From Barthelona sp. PAP020 (taxonomy: Eukaryota), in assembly GCA_040182905.1 (NCBI GenBank), contig JARQWU010000007.1, positions 1 through 58,512 on the forward strand: 58,512 nucleotides of DNA. Reading direction: 5' to 3'. The notes beneath the pieces were generated by a model that worked only from the letters and a program-made list of their open reading frames with translations, ran no database searches and had not been told where the DNA came from. The translations under genes were made by a program, and so were the position numbers. Positions 10,455 through 19,698 of the stretch are shown piece by piece (the stretch's first letter is position 1; every line of letters begins with the position of its first letter).

Positions 10455-10520
<66 letters not shown>
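10455..10520. repeat. (AAT)22 perfect microsatellite
   Basis: 66 bp of uninterrupted AAT read directly from the sequence. Confidence 0.97.
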
Positions 10521-10524
<4 letters not shown>

Positions 10525-10560
10525 CTAATTTATTTGATGAATTCTGTTCTAGTTCACTAT

Positions 10561-10608
10561 TCAGGTGGTGATAGTGCAGATTTCATTATTAACCCTTTTA
10601 ATCATCAC
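10561..10608 (-). ncRNA. Candidate short box C/D snoRNA
   Basis: Minus strand reads GTGATGA (box C)...TGCACTATCACC-AC-CTGA (box D). The guide can pair with the conserved 18S rRNA GGUGGUGGUGCA (2 G-U pairs). It is only 48 nt, and box C overlaps Ser-Asp-Asp codons. Confidence 0.25.
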
Positions 10609-13081
10609 TTAAAGGATTCACTTCTACAATATCTGCAATTATTTCTGTATCTGAATCATCATAACCACTTTCCTCTTCAAAAGTAACTTTTCTACCATCA
10701 ATATTAGGTCCAATTACAGTTTTACCATCAACAATTGATTTTGTGTTTGTTATGGAATCGTCATCAGCATTTTTTTCAAAAATAGCTACAGTGATTTGTT
10801 CTATATTCATCTCATCACTTGAATTTGATTTTGAATCTGGATTAGCAATATCTTTATCAAGTAGATCATCATAATCCACTAATTTATGCAATCTACTCTT
10901 TTCTAATTCTAATCTTCTCTTTTCCATCTCTTCTTCCAAAAATTCATAATATTTTAAAGATTCTTCCAAGTACAAATTATGTTTTCTCAATTGATCATAA
11001 TTATCCTTCATTAAATTTTGAATAATTTCATCAATAATTTCAACTTTTTGTTCATGTTTCATATTTTTTAAAGAATGGAAACGTTTTAAAATTTCAGCAT
11101 GAATTTTTTCCAAATATTGCTTAGCAATATATGAATCCAATGCTCGAGATTTATTATAAAAGAAATTTAAAAACGTTCCAATAACAATAGCAACTATGTT
11201 CAAAAAAAATCCATCAGCTGGATTGAATAATGAAACAAACACTGCAAATAATGAAAAAACATTAGCCAACCATGGTAAAAATGCAGAATTTTCCGGTGCT
11301 AAATATAAACAAGGACACATCAATTTTAAACTGTAAACATTAAACATATTACCATAACTGGGAATCAACAATAAACTTAAAGCTCGAATCTTACCTTCTT
11401 TTATTAAAATGTCATCTGATAAAGGTTCTCCAACTTCTTTACATTTTTTACTTAAATAATCATGTATACTTAAAGACTTTTCAGGAGGAAAGAAAAATTT
11501 ATAAATTTTTGAATCTTTTTCAGGATCATAAGTTCGATAATCTTTAACTAAATGTTTTCCACTCTTAATAATATTTCTTCCTTTAAAAAAAGAAATCATC
11601 CAAAAGATTGTCATCACAAAAATGAAAATTTGAAGTGGTAAAAATGGTACATTGATAAAAATGAGGCAATTGAAAACTAATAACAAAATAAAAGTGAGAA
11701 CATAAGCAACATAAACGACATTATGCCAAAAACCACAAAACATTAATATTGCAACCAATAGAGATGTGGTCATTCCTAAAGGGGGAATAAAAATTGCGTA
11801 AATTAAAAATATTATGCTGAAAAAAACAAATCCAATTCCACTTATTAACCACCAAAAACCACTGCAACAATACCCAATACAACTCAAATCAAATCTGCAT
11901 AAATCATGACTATTCTCAAAATATTCATCATTTAACCTATCACCCGTATGCATATAAAAATGATTGGCAATATTTGAAGGACATTTCACAAAGAATTTGA
12001 AATAAACACTCAATAATTCACTTTTGTTTGTGAAATAATCATATAAAAAGATAGTGCCTATCCAATGTTTAAAAATTTGTATCATAGCTTTGAAACCAAA
12101 CGTAAAAGCTCTTGGATCACCATAACTAATGGTGATAAAGAAAGGAATTTGAAAAATAAAATATACAACTGCAACAACAGGATGAATGTCCATTAAAAAG
12201 GTCGCCCAAATCATTAATAGAAATCTAACCAGAGTATAAATAATCCATCGGACAGCATCCAAAACCCATTGATATTTAAATATCTTCAAATACTTATTGT
12301 TATTGATAAAAAAGTCACATAAGGCAGCAAACCCATTATACATAATTATTTGAACAAACAAACATAGAATTCCCACCAAAATAATCTGACCATAGAAAGG
12401 TATTACAATAGATGTCGTTATTCGACTAGGTAATTCTAAAAACCAGTTTACAGCTGTAACAAACTCAGCAGGAACAACGAAAGTATTAGTTATCTTTTTA
12501 ATGATGGGTAATAAAACATTGATAACATCTAATGACCACCCAACAATTGAAGCTAAAAATACGGTCATGAACCATGTGATAATTGTGGTAAAACATCCAC
12601 TAGATCGCTTAACAAAATCAACAGCAGCATCAACAGGTATATCATCCAATATTTTACTTTGAACACGTTGCAATCCTTCCGAAACAGTTTCATTAACTGC
12701 ACTAATTCCTTCAGAAAAAACGCCAGCATCTATTTCTCCAGTAATCATATTGTCTCCTAGATCTTCCAACTGGTTATTTGCTTGATCTGCCATTATATTT
12801 TGAAGTTTTTCATCTAAAGCATCTTCTCTAGGTTTTTTTGATATAGAATCATGTAAAACACTCGCAGCAAGAACAGCTGTTCCCATAGAAATTGTTTGTA
12901 AGGCAATACTTGGACTTGCTCTACCTTTTACCTCGGATAAATTTGTCTTTTGGTATTTCTCATCAATTTCTAATAATTGATCGTTTTCTACATTTAAATC
13001 AGTTGTTTCACAAGACTCAGTCTTTTCTTGTGGTTCGATAACATCATCTGATTTTGTCATTGAAACAAAAGGAGAATTCAT
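10598..13081 (-). CDS. Hypothetical multi-pass membrane protein
   Basis: 827-aa ORF with many hydrophobic segments flanked by acidic termini. Family not recognised. Confidence 0.75.
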   Translation of the reverse strand: MNSPFVSMTKSDDVIEPQEKTESCETTDLNVENDQLLEIDEKYQKTNLSEVKGRASPSIALQTISMGTAVLAASVLHDSISKKPREDALDEKLQNIMADQANNQLEDLGDNMITGEIDAGVFSEGISAVNETVSEGLQRVQSKILDDIPVDAAVDFVKRSSGCFTTIITWFMTVFLASIVGWSLDVINVLLPIIKKITNTFVVPAEFVTAVNWFLELPSRITTSIVIPFYGQIILVGILCLFVQIIMYNGFAALCDFFINNNKYLKIFKYQWVLDAVRWIIYTLVRFLLMIWATFLMDIHPVVAVVYFIFQIPFFITISYGDPRAFTFGFKAMIQIFKHWIGTIFLYDYFTNKSELLSVYFKFFVKCPSNIANHFYMHTGDRLNDEYFENSHDLCRFDLSCIGYCCSGFWWLISGIGFVFFSIIFLIYAIFIPPLGMTTSLLVAILMFCGFWHNVVYVAYVLTFILLLVFNCLIFINVPFLPLQIFIFVMTIFWMISFFKGRNIIKSGKHLVKDYRTYDPEKDSKIYKFFFPPEKSLSIHDYLSKKCKEVGEPLSDDILIKEGKIRALSLLLIPSYGNMFNVYSLKLMCPCLYLAPENSAFLPWLANVFSLFAVFVSLFNPADGFFLNIVAIVIGTFLNFFYNKSRALDSYIAKQYLEKIHAEILKRFHSLKNMKHEQKVEIIDEIIQNLMKDNYDQLRKHNLYLEESLKYYEFLEEEMEKRRLELEKSRLHKLVDYDDLLDKDIANPDSKSNSSDEMNIEQITVAIFEKNADDDSITNTKSIVDGKTVIGPNIDGRKVTFEEESGYDDSDTEIIADIVEVNPLSDD

Positions 13082-13249
13082 TTTGAATTCAAAATTCCAT
13101 TTCTGGAACAGTTCATTTTTTTTTCTTTATAATTCCGAACACTCAATCAGGCATAGAAAAACATCAAACAAAAAGAATAAAATTGATTTTCGCATTTACA
13201 AATTTTTTTTCAATAATACAGTTGAAAAAGTCGAGAAAAATCACCAAAA

Positions 13250-15931
13250 TCAAATCTCATTTTCTTCACTTTGAAAACCTTTCCTCAATTGTTGAACTCT
13301 AAGAGTTAATTCTCTAAAAGTTGTGGGTTCCGAATTTCTGTGATCATTTTCATTTGAATCAATGTTGTCAAATTTTTGTTTTTGTTGTTTCAATAATTCT
13401 AAATCTGCCCTTAATGTACAATTAATATTCTCAACAGCTTTAATTTTTTCATTCTTCTGTTCAATAATTTCAAACATCTCATTATCTTTGAAAGAATACT
13501 GTTGAATTATTTGATCATTCTGCAATAATATTGATTTTATGAATAATTTTTGTTTTTCCAAAGCATTTTGAAGATCAAACATATTTCTTTGATTTGTTTG
13601 GATTATTTTTTCATATTTTTTCTCCAATTGTTCAATAAACTTATGCAATTTTAAATTTTCCAAAGATATTAATTGTTTTTCATCAAATAACTGTTGAAAT
13701 TCGTTGGATTTTTGTTTAAAAGTTTCATTTGTGCTATAAATAAGTTTTTGAAAGTTCAAATTCAAAGAAATATTTTCATTTTTCAAATTTTCATATTTTT
13801 TTTCAAAATTTTCCAAATTTAAATTTTTTTCTTGCAAAATTGATACATTATTGGTTAACTTTTCAATTATGCTGACCTTTTCAAGTATAATTTCTTCTAA
13901 TTCAGTGTTCTTTGCTTTGATACCAGAAAATTGCTCAAATAAATTATGAAATTTAAATTCAAACTCATTTTTTGTTTCAAATACTTTGGCAACAGTTAAT
14001 TCTTTCATTTCATTCATTTGTAAATCAAAATTTATCAATTGTTCAGTATTTAATAAATTTTTAACTTGTAAATCTTGATTTGTATGTTCAAGTTCAAAAA
14101 TTTCTTGTTGAAACGCTTCAAGAGTTTTTTTATTATTTAATTGACAATTAACGATATTATTTTCCAAATCACTGTTTATTGCTTGTGTTTCTTTCAATTT
14201 CATTTGTGTTTCTTCATTAAATACCAATAAATCATTAAATTTCTTCAAAGTTTCATCTATTTTCAATGTTTTAAACTGATTTTCTTTCTCTAAACTGAGT
14301 AATAAATTTGTTTTTGAATCAATAACTTCTTGAAGATCCAATAACTGATTTGTTTTCAAATCATTTGATATGTTTAATTCTTGAATTGTTTTACAATTAT
14401 CGTTGAATAAATTGTTGTATTGTTCTATCAAACTTTCATTTTTTTCCTCCAAATATGAAAGCTTTTCTTTTTGTTCATGAATTAAAACTATCAATGCTTC
14501 ATTTTCATCTGTCAAAACTGAATTTTGTTCAATACTCTCAATTAACTTTTTTTTGCACTCATTTAATTCAAAAGTTACTTGATCATTGTCATTAACAATA
14601 TTAACAACATTTAACTCCAGAATATCTATCTTATTTTGCATATTTTGAACGTTTTGCCTTTGGTTATCCTTTTCTATTGCAATCATTTCATTCTCTTTGT
14701 TTAATTCATTAACTTTATTTTTTAATTGGTCAGTGTTATTCAAGGTTTCCTCTAATTTTTTCTTCAATTTAATATTTTCTTTGTCTAAAATCAAATAACC
14801 ATTGATTGTTTCATTCAATTCTTTAATGTTGATTGATTGTTCTGAAATCATTTCTTTACATTGCATATATTGCCTTTTCAACTCAATATTAGTCGTTTCA
14901 AAAACAGATATTTTCTCTTTTTGTTCAAAATTTATTCTTTCCAAATCAGATATTTTCTTTTGCAAAATAAAATTGTCTTGTTCTGATTTTGTGCTTTCAA
15001 TATTCAACTTTTCATTCATTTTTTCAGCCTCGATGAGATTTTTTTTTGTATTTTCTAAACATTCATGCATTTCATTTTTTTTTGAAACCATCTCTTTCCT
15101 GACGTTTTCTAATTCTTGAAAACTGCAATTTAACGTTTTCACTTGACCCTTTAATTTCCTAATTTGTTGATCATCTGCTTCTTTTTGAATTTTTAGAGCA
15201 TTCATTCTTCGTTCAAAATCATCATTATCATATTTTAGCTGAAGATTGTACTTTTCCAATGTTTTAATCAAATTTGATTTTTTTTGTAAAACAACATTGG
15301 AATTTTCCAATTTTATTTGCAAACTATCCACTCGTTCAGAGCTTTCCAAAAATTTAGTTTCCCATTCATTAGATTCTGAAAGAATAGCTTTCACTGACTG
15401 ACTAATAATATCAAATTCATTATTTATTGTCTTATATTTATGTTTTAATGTATTAATGCAATCATATAACTCATTATGACATTCATCAACAGTTCTAATA
15501 TCAAATAATTCACCAATTTTCAGAAGCATTTCATTAGATATAGAATAAATATCTTTGTTATTGAAAACAACCACCTGTTTTCGAAGTTCACTTTCTTTTA
15601 ACTTTGTTCGATCCAGAACATTCTTTAACCAATCAAATTCCATATTTCGATTGTGTAATTTGTCAATCAACGAAATATTATTTTGACTAAGCTTGCTGAT
15701 TTCTTCTTCCAAATAATTGACTTTGTGAAGAAGAGCTATTCGCTGCTCATCAACAATCTTCAAACGATCATTTGTTTCATTGAGTGTCAAATTACCATTG
15801 GATACTTTATTAAGTAAATCTTGATTTAGTTTAGAAAGTTTTGATGTTTTGTTTTCGAATTCATTTATTTTCTCCTGAAAATCATCATTTTCTTGAGAAG
15901 ATTTTACTGTGACTAATGGATAATATGTCAT
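13250..15931 (-). CDS. Long coiled-coil protein
   Basis: 893-aa ORF, E/K/N/L heptad-rich, almost no Pro or Gly. Confidence 0.8.
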   Translation of the reverse strand: MTYYPLVTVKSSQENDDFQEKINEFENKTSKLSKLNQDLLNKVSNGNLTLNETNDRLKIVDEQRIALLHKVNYLEEEISKLSQNNISLIDKLHNRNMEFDWLKNVLDRTKLKESELRKQVVVFNNKDIYSISNEMLLKIGELFDIRTVDECHNELYDCINTLKHKYKTINNEFDIISQSVKAILSESNEWETKFLESSERVDSLQIKLENSNVVLQKKSNLIKTLEKYNLQLKYDNDDFERRMNALKIQKEADDQQIRKLKGQVKTLNCSFQELENVRKEMVSKKNEMHECLENTKKNLIEAEKMNEKLNIESTKSEQDNFILQKKISDLERINFEQKEKISVFETTNIELKRQYMQCKEMISEQSINIKELNETINGYLILDKENIKLKKKLEETLNNTDQLKNKVNELNKENEMIAIEKDNQRQNVQNMQNKIDILELNVVNIVNDNDQVTFELNECKKKLIESIEQNSVLTDENEALIVLIHEQKEKLSYLEEKNESLIEQYNNLFNDNCKTIQELNISNDLKTNQLLDLQEVIDSKTNLLLSLEKENQFKTLKIDETLKKFNDLLVFNEETQMKLKETQAINSDLENNIVNCQLNNKKTLEAFQQEIFELEHTNQDLQVKNLLNTEQLINFDLQMNEMKELTVAKVFETKNEFEFKFHNLFEQFSGIKAKNTELEEIILEKVSIIEKLTNNVSILQEKNLNLENFEKKYENLKNENISLNLNFQKLIYSTNETFKQKSNEFQQLFDEKQLISLENLKLHKFIEQLEKKYEKIIQTNQRNMFDLQNALEKQKLFIKSILLQNDQIIQQYSFKDNEMFEIIEQKNEKIKAVENINCTLRADLELLKQQKQKFDNIDSNENDHRNSEPTTFRELTLRVQQLRKGFQSEENEI

Positions 15932-16106
15932 ATCTTGTTGTTTGAAAGTATATAAAGTTCGAGACTATTTCTTTTTCAGTTAGTTCGATTGGAATGAATA
16001 AAGAAAGGAAAATACATTTTCAACTTGATTATTTGATTGGTATTTAACACATGTTGTGCTCAAACAAACAAAAAACAGAAAAATGAAATTAATTAATCAC
16101 AAATAT

Positions 16107-17444
16107 TTACGAACAAGACTTTTTTAATTTATCTGCCAAGGAAATCTTATCTTTTGTCAAAATATTTTCATTTGTTGCATTTTCAAATGATTGTTTCTCA
16201 GAATCACCAAAATAAATTGATTTTTTATCCGGTTTCTCATTTACATTGAAAAAAGTACTTTCTTCATCCATTCTGCGCTTATACTTTTCGAATAAAAATT
16301 CATTTCTTTCTTTAATATATTGGTTATACACATCTTCTTCATGTTGTTTATGATTAATACGAGTATTTTGAGATTTTCCAAGTTCAGAATAATGTTTTGA
16401 AAATTTTTCATCACATAAAGTTTCAATATTTCCAAATAATAAATTTACAGATGTATCCGAAGGTATTTGATATTTGGACAAAGAAGTATTTGAAGAACTC
16501 AATTGTTGAATCATATCAATGGTTAAAAAAAAAGTCTCTGGAAAAACAATCAAATGTTGAAAAAACCAAGGAGCTAAATAATAATTTTGAAAAGAAGGAT
16601 TAGAGGGTTTATACATCACAACAAAATTTTCATCATCAAAACTTTCAATCTTTTCAGAAGAAGCAGTTTCAAGCTGAATTAAATCATTTATTTGAATTTG
16701 TACCCATTCAATAATAACATCCCACACTTTTCTGTCGGCATCAAATTCCTCACAATCTCGGTACAAATTTATTTCTTCCAAAACACTGAAATAATAGTTT
16801 AGAAATCTTTCTTTTGTTTCTGTAGTAATAATTTCATACGGTTTTAATTCTGAAGAACAATAATAAATGAAAGGAGATTTGGTGGTGACAATTACTTTTT
16901 TCATTTCAATTTTATCATTAATTTGTAATTCTAAAGACTCATTGGGGTAGCATAGAAATAATCGTCGAACATCTGATGTTGTATTACAATAGAGACAATC
17001 AACAAAAAAGTTTCTTCTGTCATTATCCATTGAAAAATCAGGATGTTTCATCAACATATATTTAAAATAGCAAAATGAGCAATATTTATGCCCACAAGCT
17101 GTAATTAGAGGAATTGTGTATGGTAGGCAACATATGGAACATATAGAATCATTAGAATGAAATATATCAATACATGCAATTTCAGATTGAATTGGAATAT
17201 AATCGGGTGAAGAAAGAAAAGCTTTCAAATTTGACTTTGGATTTAAGTGTAATTTGCAACAGCTTCTCAAATAATTTTGACCAATTTTACCAGTTGTTTT
17301 CTTCATTTCATGTTTTGATTCTTCAAATGTACATTTTATTGAATAAAAATTATCCAAGTCATTTTCATCTTCCGAAAATTCGTCATTTTCATCTATCAGT
17401 AATGTTTGATATTTGGCCCTCAATGAATTTTTTTTCGAAGGCAT
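16107..17444 (-). CDS. RNF10: RING E3 ligase, RNF10/Mag2-like
   Basis: C3HC4 RING (CSICCLP..PLITACGHKYCSFC...CLYC) preceded by YLRSCCKL...SPD, matching the RNF10 FLQANCQF...DPD pre-RING motif. ATG at 17444. Confidence 0.65.
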   Translation of the reverse strand: MPSKKNSLRAKYQTLLIDENDEFSEDENDLDNFYSIKCTFEESKHEMKKTTGKIGQNYLRSCCKLHLNPKSNLKAFLSSPDYIPIQSEIACIDIFHSNDSICSICCLPYTIPLITACGHKYCSFCYFKYMLMKHPDFSMDNDRRNFFVDCLYCNTTSDVRRLFLCYPNESLELQINDKIEMKKVIVTTKSPFIYYCSSELKPYEIITTETKERFLNYYFSVLEEINLYRDCEEFDADRKVWDVIIEWVQIQINDLIQLETASSEKIESFDDENFVVMYKPSNPSFQNYYLAPWFFQHLIVFPETFFLTIDMIQQLSSSNTSLSKYQIPSDTSVNLLFGNIETLCDEKFSKHYSELGKSQNTRINHKQHEEDVYNQYIKERNEFLFEKYKRRMDEESTFFNVNEKPDKKSIYFGDSEKQSFENATNENILTKDKISLADKLKKSCS

Positions 17445-17594
17445 AAAAAGTGTAAAAAAATAAAGAGAAAAAAATTTACAAATCAAAATGTTGAATTTAA
17501 AACAAAAAAGAGAACACTAGGAAATAACAATTCACTTTAAAATATCTTTCAAGGATATTTTAAAAAAAAAAAGATTCTTTCAAAAAAATGAATA

Positions 17595-17921
17595 TTAAAT
17601 ATCCAATGCAGCAATAATAGATTGTCTAAAATTGTTCAAAGTTTCCAATTGCTTTTGTAGTTGAGTTACTTTGGCATTCAATTCAGCAATTTCCAAATTT
17701 ACAGTGTTTATTTGTGAATTCATCAATACTTCATCATCATCAAGAGCTGCAATTGCCAACTCTTTTTTTTCGATTTCCGTGGAAAGATAGGTAATCTCTC
17801 TATCTTTGTCAAAAATATTATTAACTAAATCTTCATTTTGTTGAGTTAAAATTATTCCTTGATTAGTAAATGCATCGTTAATTTGTGTGAGAGCTTGATT
17901 CAACAAAGAAACAGCTGTCAT
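17595..17921 (-). CDS. Small coiled-coil protein
   Basis: 108-aa heptad-repeat ORF from ATG 17921. Confidence 0.65.
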   Translation of the reverse strand: MTAVSLLNQALTQINDAFTNQGIILTQQNEDLVNNIFDKDREITYLSTEIEKKELAIAALDDDEVLMNSQINTVNLEIAELNAKVTQLQKQLETLNNFRQSIIAALDI

Positions 17922-17971
17922 TTCAAATAAAAAAGAAAACTCAAAGAACCCAATTTCATTTTTTTTTAATA

Positions 17972-18225
17972 ATGCCTTCAAAAAAAATTAAAAAAGTCAC
18001 CACGTCATCTGAACCTGAACAAGTGACTTTATTTGACGGATATTTTGAGTTTGAAGATGGTTCTAATTACAAAGGACAGTATGTATCCAACAGTGACAGT
18101 GAGAATCAACGTCAAGGACAAGGTGTATATCAATGTAAAGATTATGTTTATGAAGGAGAATGGGAAAATGACCAGATGAATGGCAAAGGAAAAATAATTT
18201 TCTCATCTGGATGTATATATGAAGG
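17972..18225 (+). CDS. MORN-repeat protein (3' end lost in assembly gap)
   Basis: FEDGSNYKGQY...RQGQGVY...YEGEWENDQMNGKGKIIFSSGCIYEG are MORN repeats running into the Ns. Confidence 0.85.
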
Positions 18226-18235
18226 NNNNNNNNNN
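18226..18235. other. Assembly gap (10 N)
   Basis: N run. It truncates two convergent genes, so the real gap is far longer than 10 bp. Confidence 0.98.
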
Positions 18236-18641
18236 CAGCCAAATTCACATACTTCATTATATTTATTTCTATAGTTCCTTGCTGATTAAATCTTTGACCA
18301 GATCTCAATATTTTTACAGCAACAAATCCTTTGGTCTTTCTATCATACGCTTTTACAGTAACTCCAAAAGATCCTCGTCCCAAAATAGACTTCACTTCAT
18401 ACCTATCTGCTAAAATATCATCATTATGTACAATTAAATAATTATCATTGTCGTCATGTGTTTTCAATGAATCATAATAAATTTGATTGATTTTTTTGTA
18501 TGTGTGCAATAATTTCCATGTTAAATTCACCACACAAGATTCATTTCTGGGTCTAAATGGTGGTGGTGGAATTTCTATTGGTGACATCTCATTCGAACTA
18601 TTATCATTAACAGGAGTAGTAATTATATCATCTGACTCCAT
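18236..18641 (-). CDS. DYRK1-family kinase, N-terminal part (truncated by gap)
   Basis: LTWKLLHTYKKINQIYY (DYRK1 N-terminal motif), DH-box DDNDNY, RYEV..LGRGSFG.TVKAYD...VAVKI. Confidence 0.85.
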
Positions 18642-18877
18642 TTGAATCTCAGTCTTTAAATAATTTTTTTCAATATCAAAATTGACAAAAGCAAAAAAAA
18701 ATCCCCGCCAAACTATTAATAGAATTTTTTTTTTTTATTCATGCCACAAAATTCCATCAAATTTTCCCTCATCCTTTAATTATAAATATATATAAATTAG
18801 AAATGGAAAATTTTTGATAAAAACAAAATGAAATACATCTATTTATACTAAAAAAAAAACATTAAAAATAAGAAAAA

Positions 18878-19517
18878 TTAATAAGCTCTGGTGCTTTTCG
18901 CATCATTACCAATACTAACGTTCTGATTTTGGCCTGTCATAATTTGACCTGAGGCTAGATCAATGCCAATTTCAGCTAAAACACTGCCGATGATCTCTTC
19001 TTCCTCTTCTTCTTCATCAGATTCAGCAAAAACATCTTCCATTGTGTCTTCCATCATTTCTTCACGTGCATCCATTAACTCAGACTGTCTTTCAAATTCC
19101 ATCATAATGTTTTGGAATTTAGGGACATTGTACATTTGATTCATTCTTCCCATAACTTTTGCACAATTCTTCATGACATTAGCCATGGCATTATTTGAAC
19201 CAATTGTTGTAAGACGCAAAGAAATGGTGGTCATTTGAGTTTTCATCTTTGTAAACTTTTGAACATTCTTTCTTGTTCTTACCAAATCCTTCGCTTTGAG
19301 CTTGGCAATCTGCATCTGTCCTGATTGTGCTGCTTTTTTAATTTCTATTTTGAGTTTATTTTCAGTTGTTTTTAATTTGTTTGTTTCTCTATTTAATTCT
19401 CGAACAGCACGATCAATCGTTCTCTTATTTTCTCGAATTTGTTCTAATAAATTAGTATATTTTTAAGATAATTATTATAATACCTTTAAGAGGCTTGGCA
19501 GGAGTAAATAATCCCAT
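18878..19517 (-). CDS. VPS2: ESCRT-III subunit CHMP2/Vps2; 2 exons (19517-19484, 19443-18878), 199 aa
   Basis: The spliced product MGLFTPAKPLKEQIRENKRTIDRAVRELNRE...AKDLVRTR...MEFERQSELMD is typical of CHMP2A/Vps2. The ORF track misses exon 1. Confidence 0.9.
19444..19483 (-). other. 40-nt spliceosomal intron (phase 1)
   Basis: AG|GTATTATAAT...ATACTAATTTATTAG|. Removal joins the ATG exon in frame to the CHMP2 body. Confidence 0.85.
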
Positions 19518-19698
19518 ATATTTTGGAAATAAATATAAAAAGAAAAAATGAATCCTTTCCAAGAGTTTTTTTTTTTGTTGGGAAACTGTTTTTGAAGATT
19601 TTAGAAGAATAAAATTTGTAAATTAAATCATTTAAAGCATTAAAAAAAGAGAGGAAACGAAAATCAATCTCTGTTTGAAATCACCTCATTTTTTTTTC

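Noticed and set aside
17595..17921. SSNA1/DIP13 identity for the small coiled-coil protein
   Set aside because: The size fits, but the diagnostic N-terminal LQxxNNELV motif is absent.
18063..18274. Overlapping MORN and DYRK ORFs as listed in the ORF track
   Set aside because: Artefact of translating through the N gap. Both genes are truncated there.
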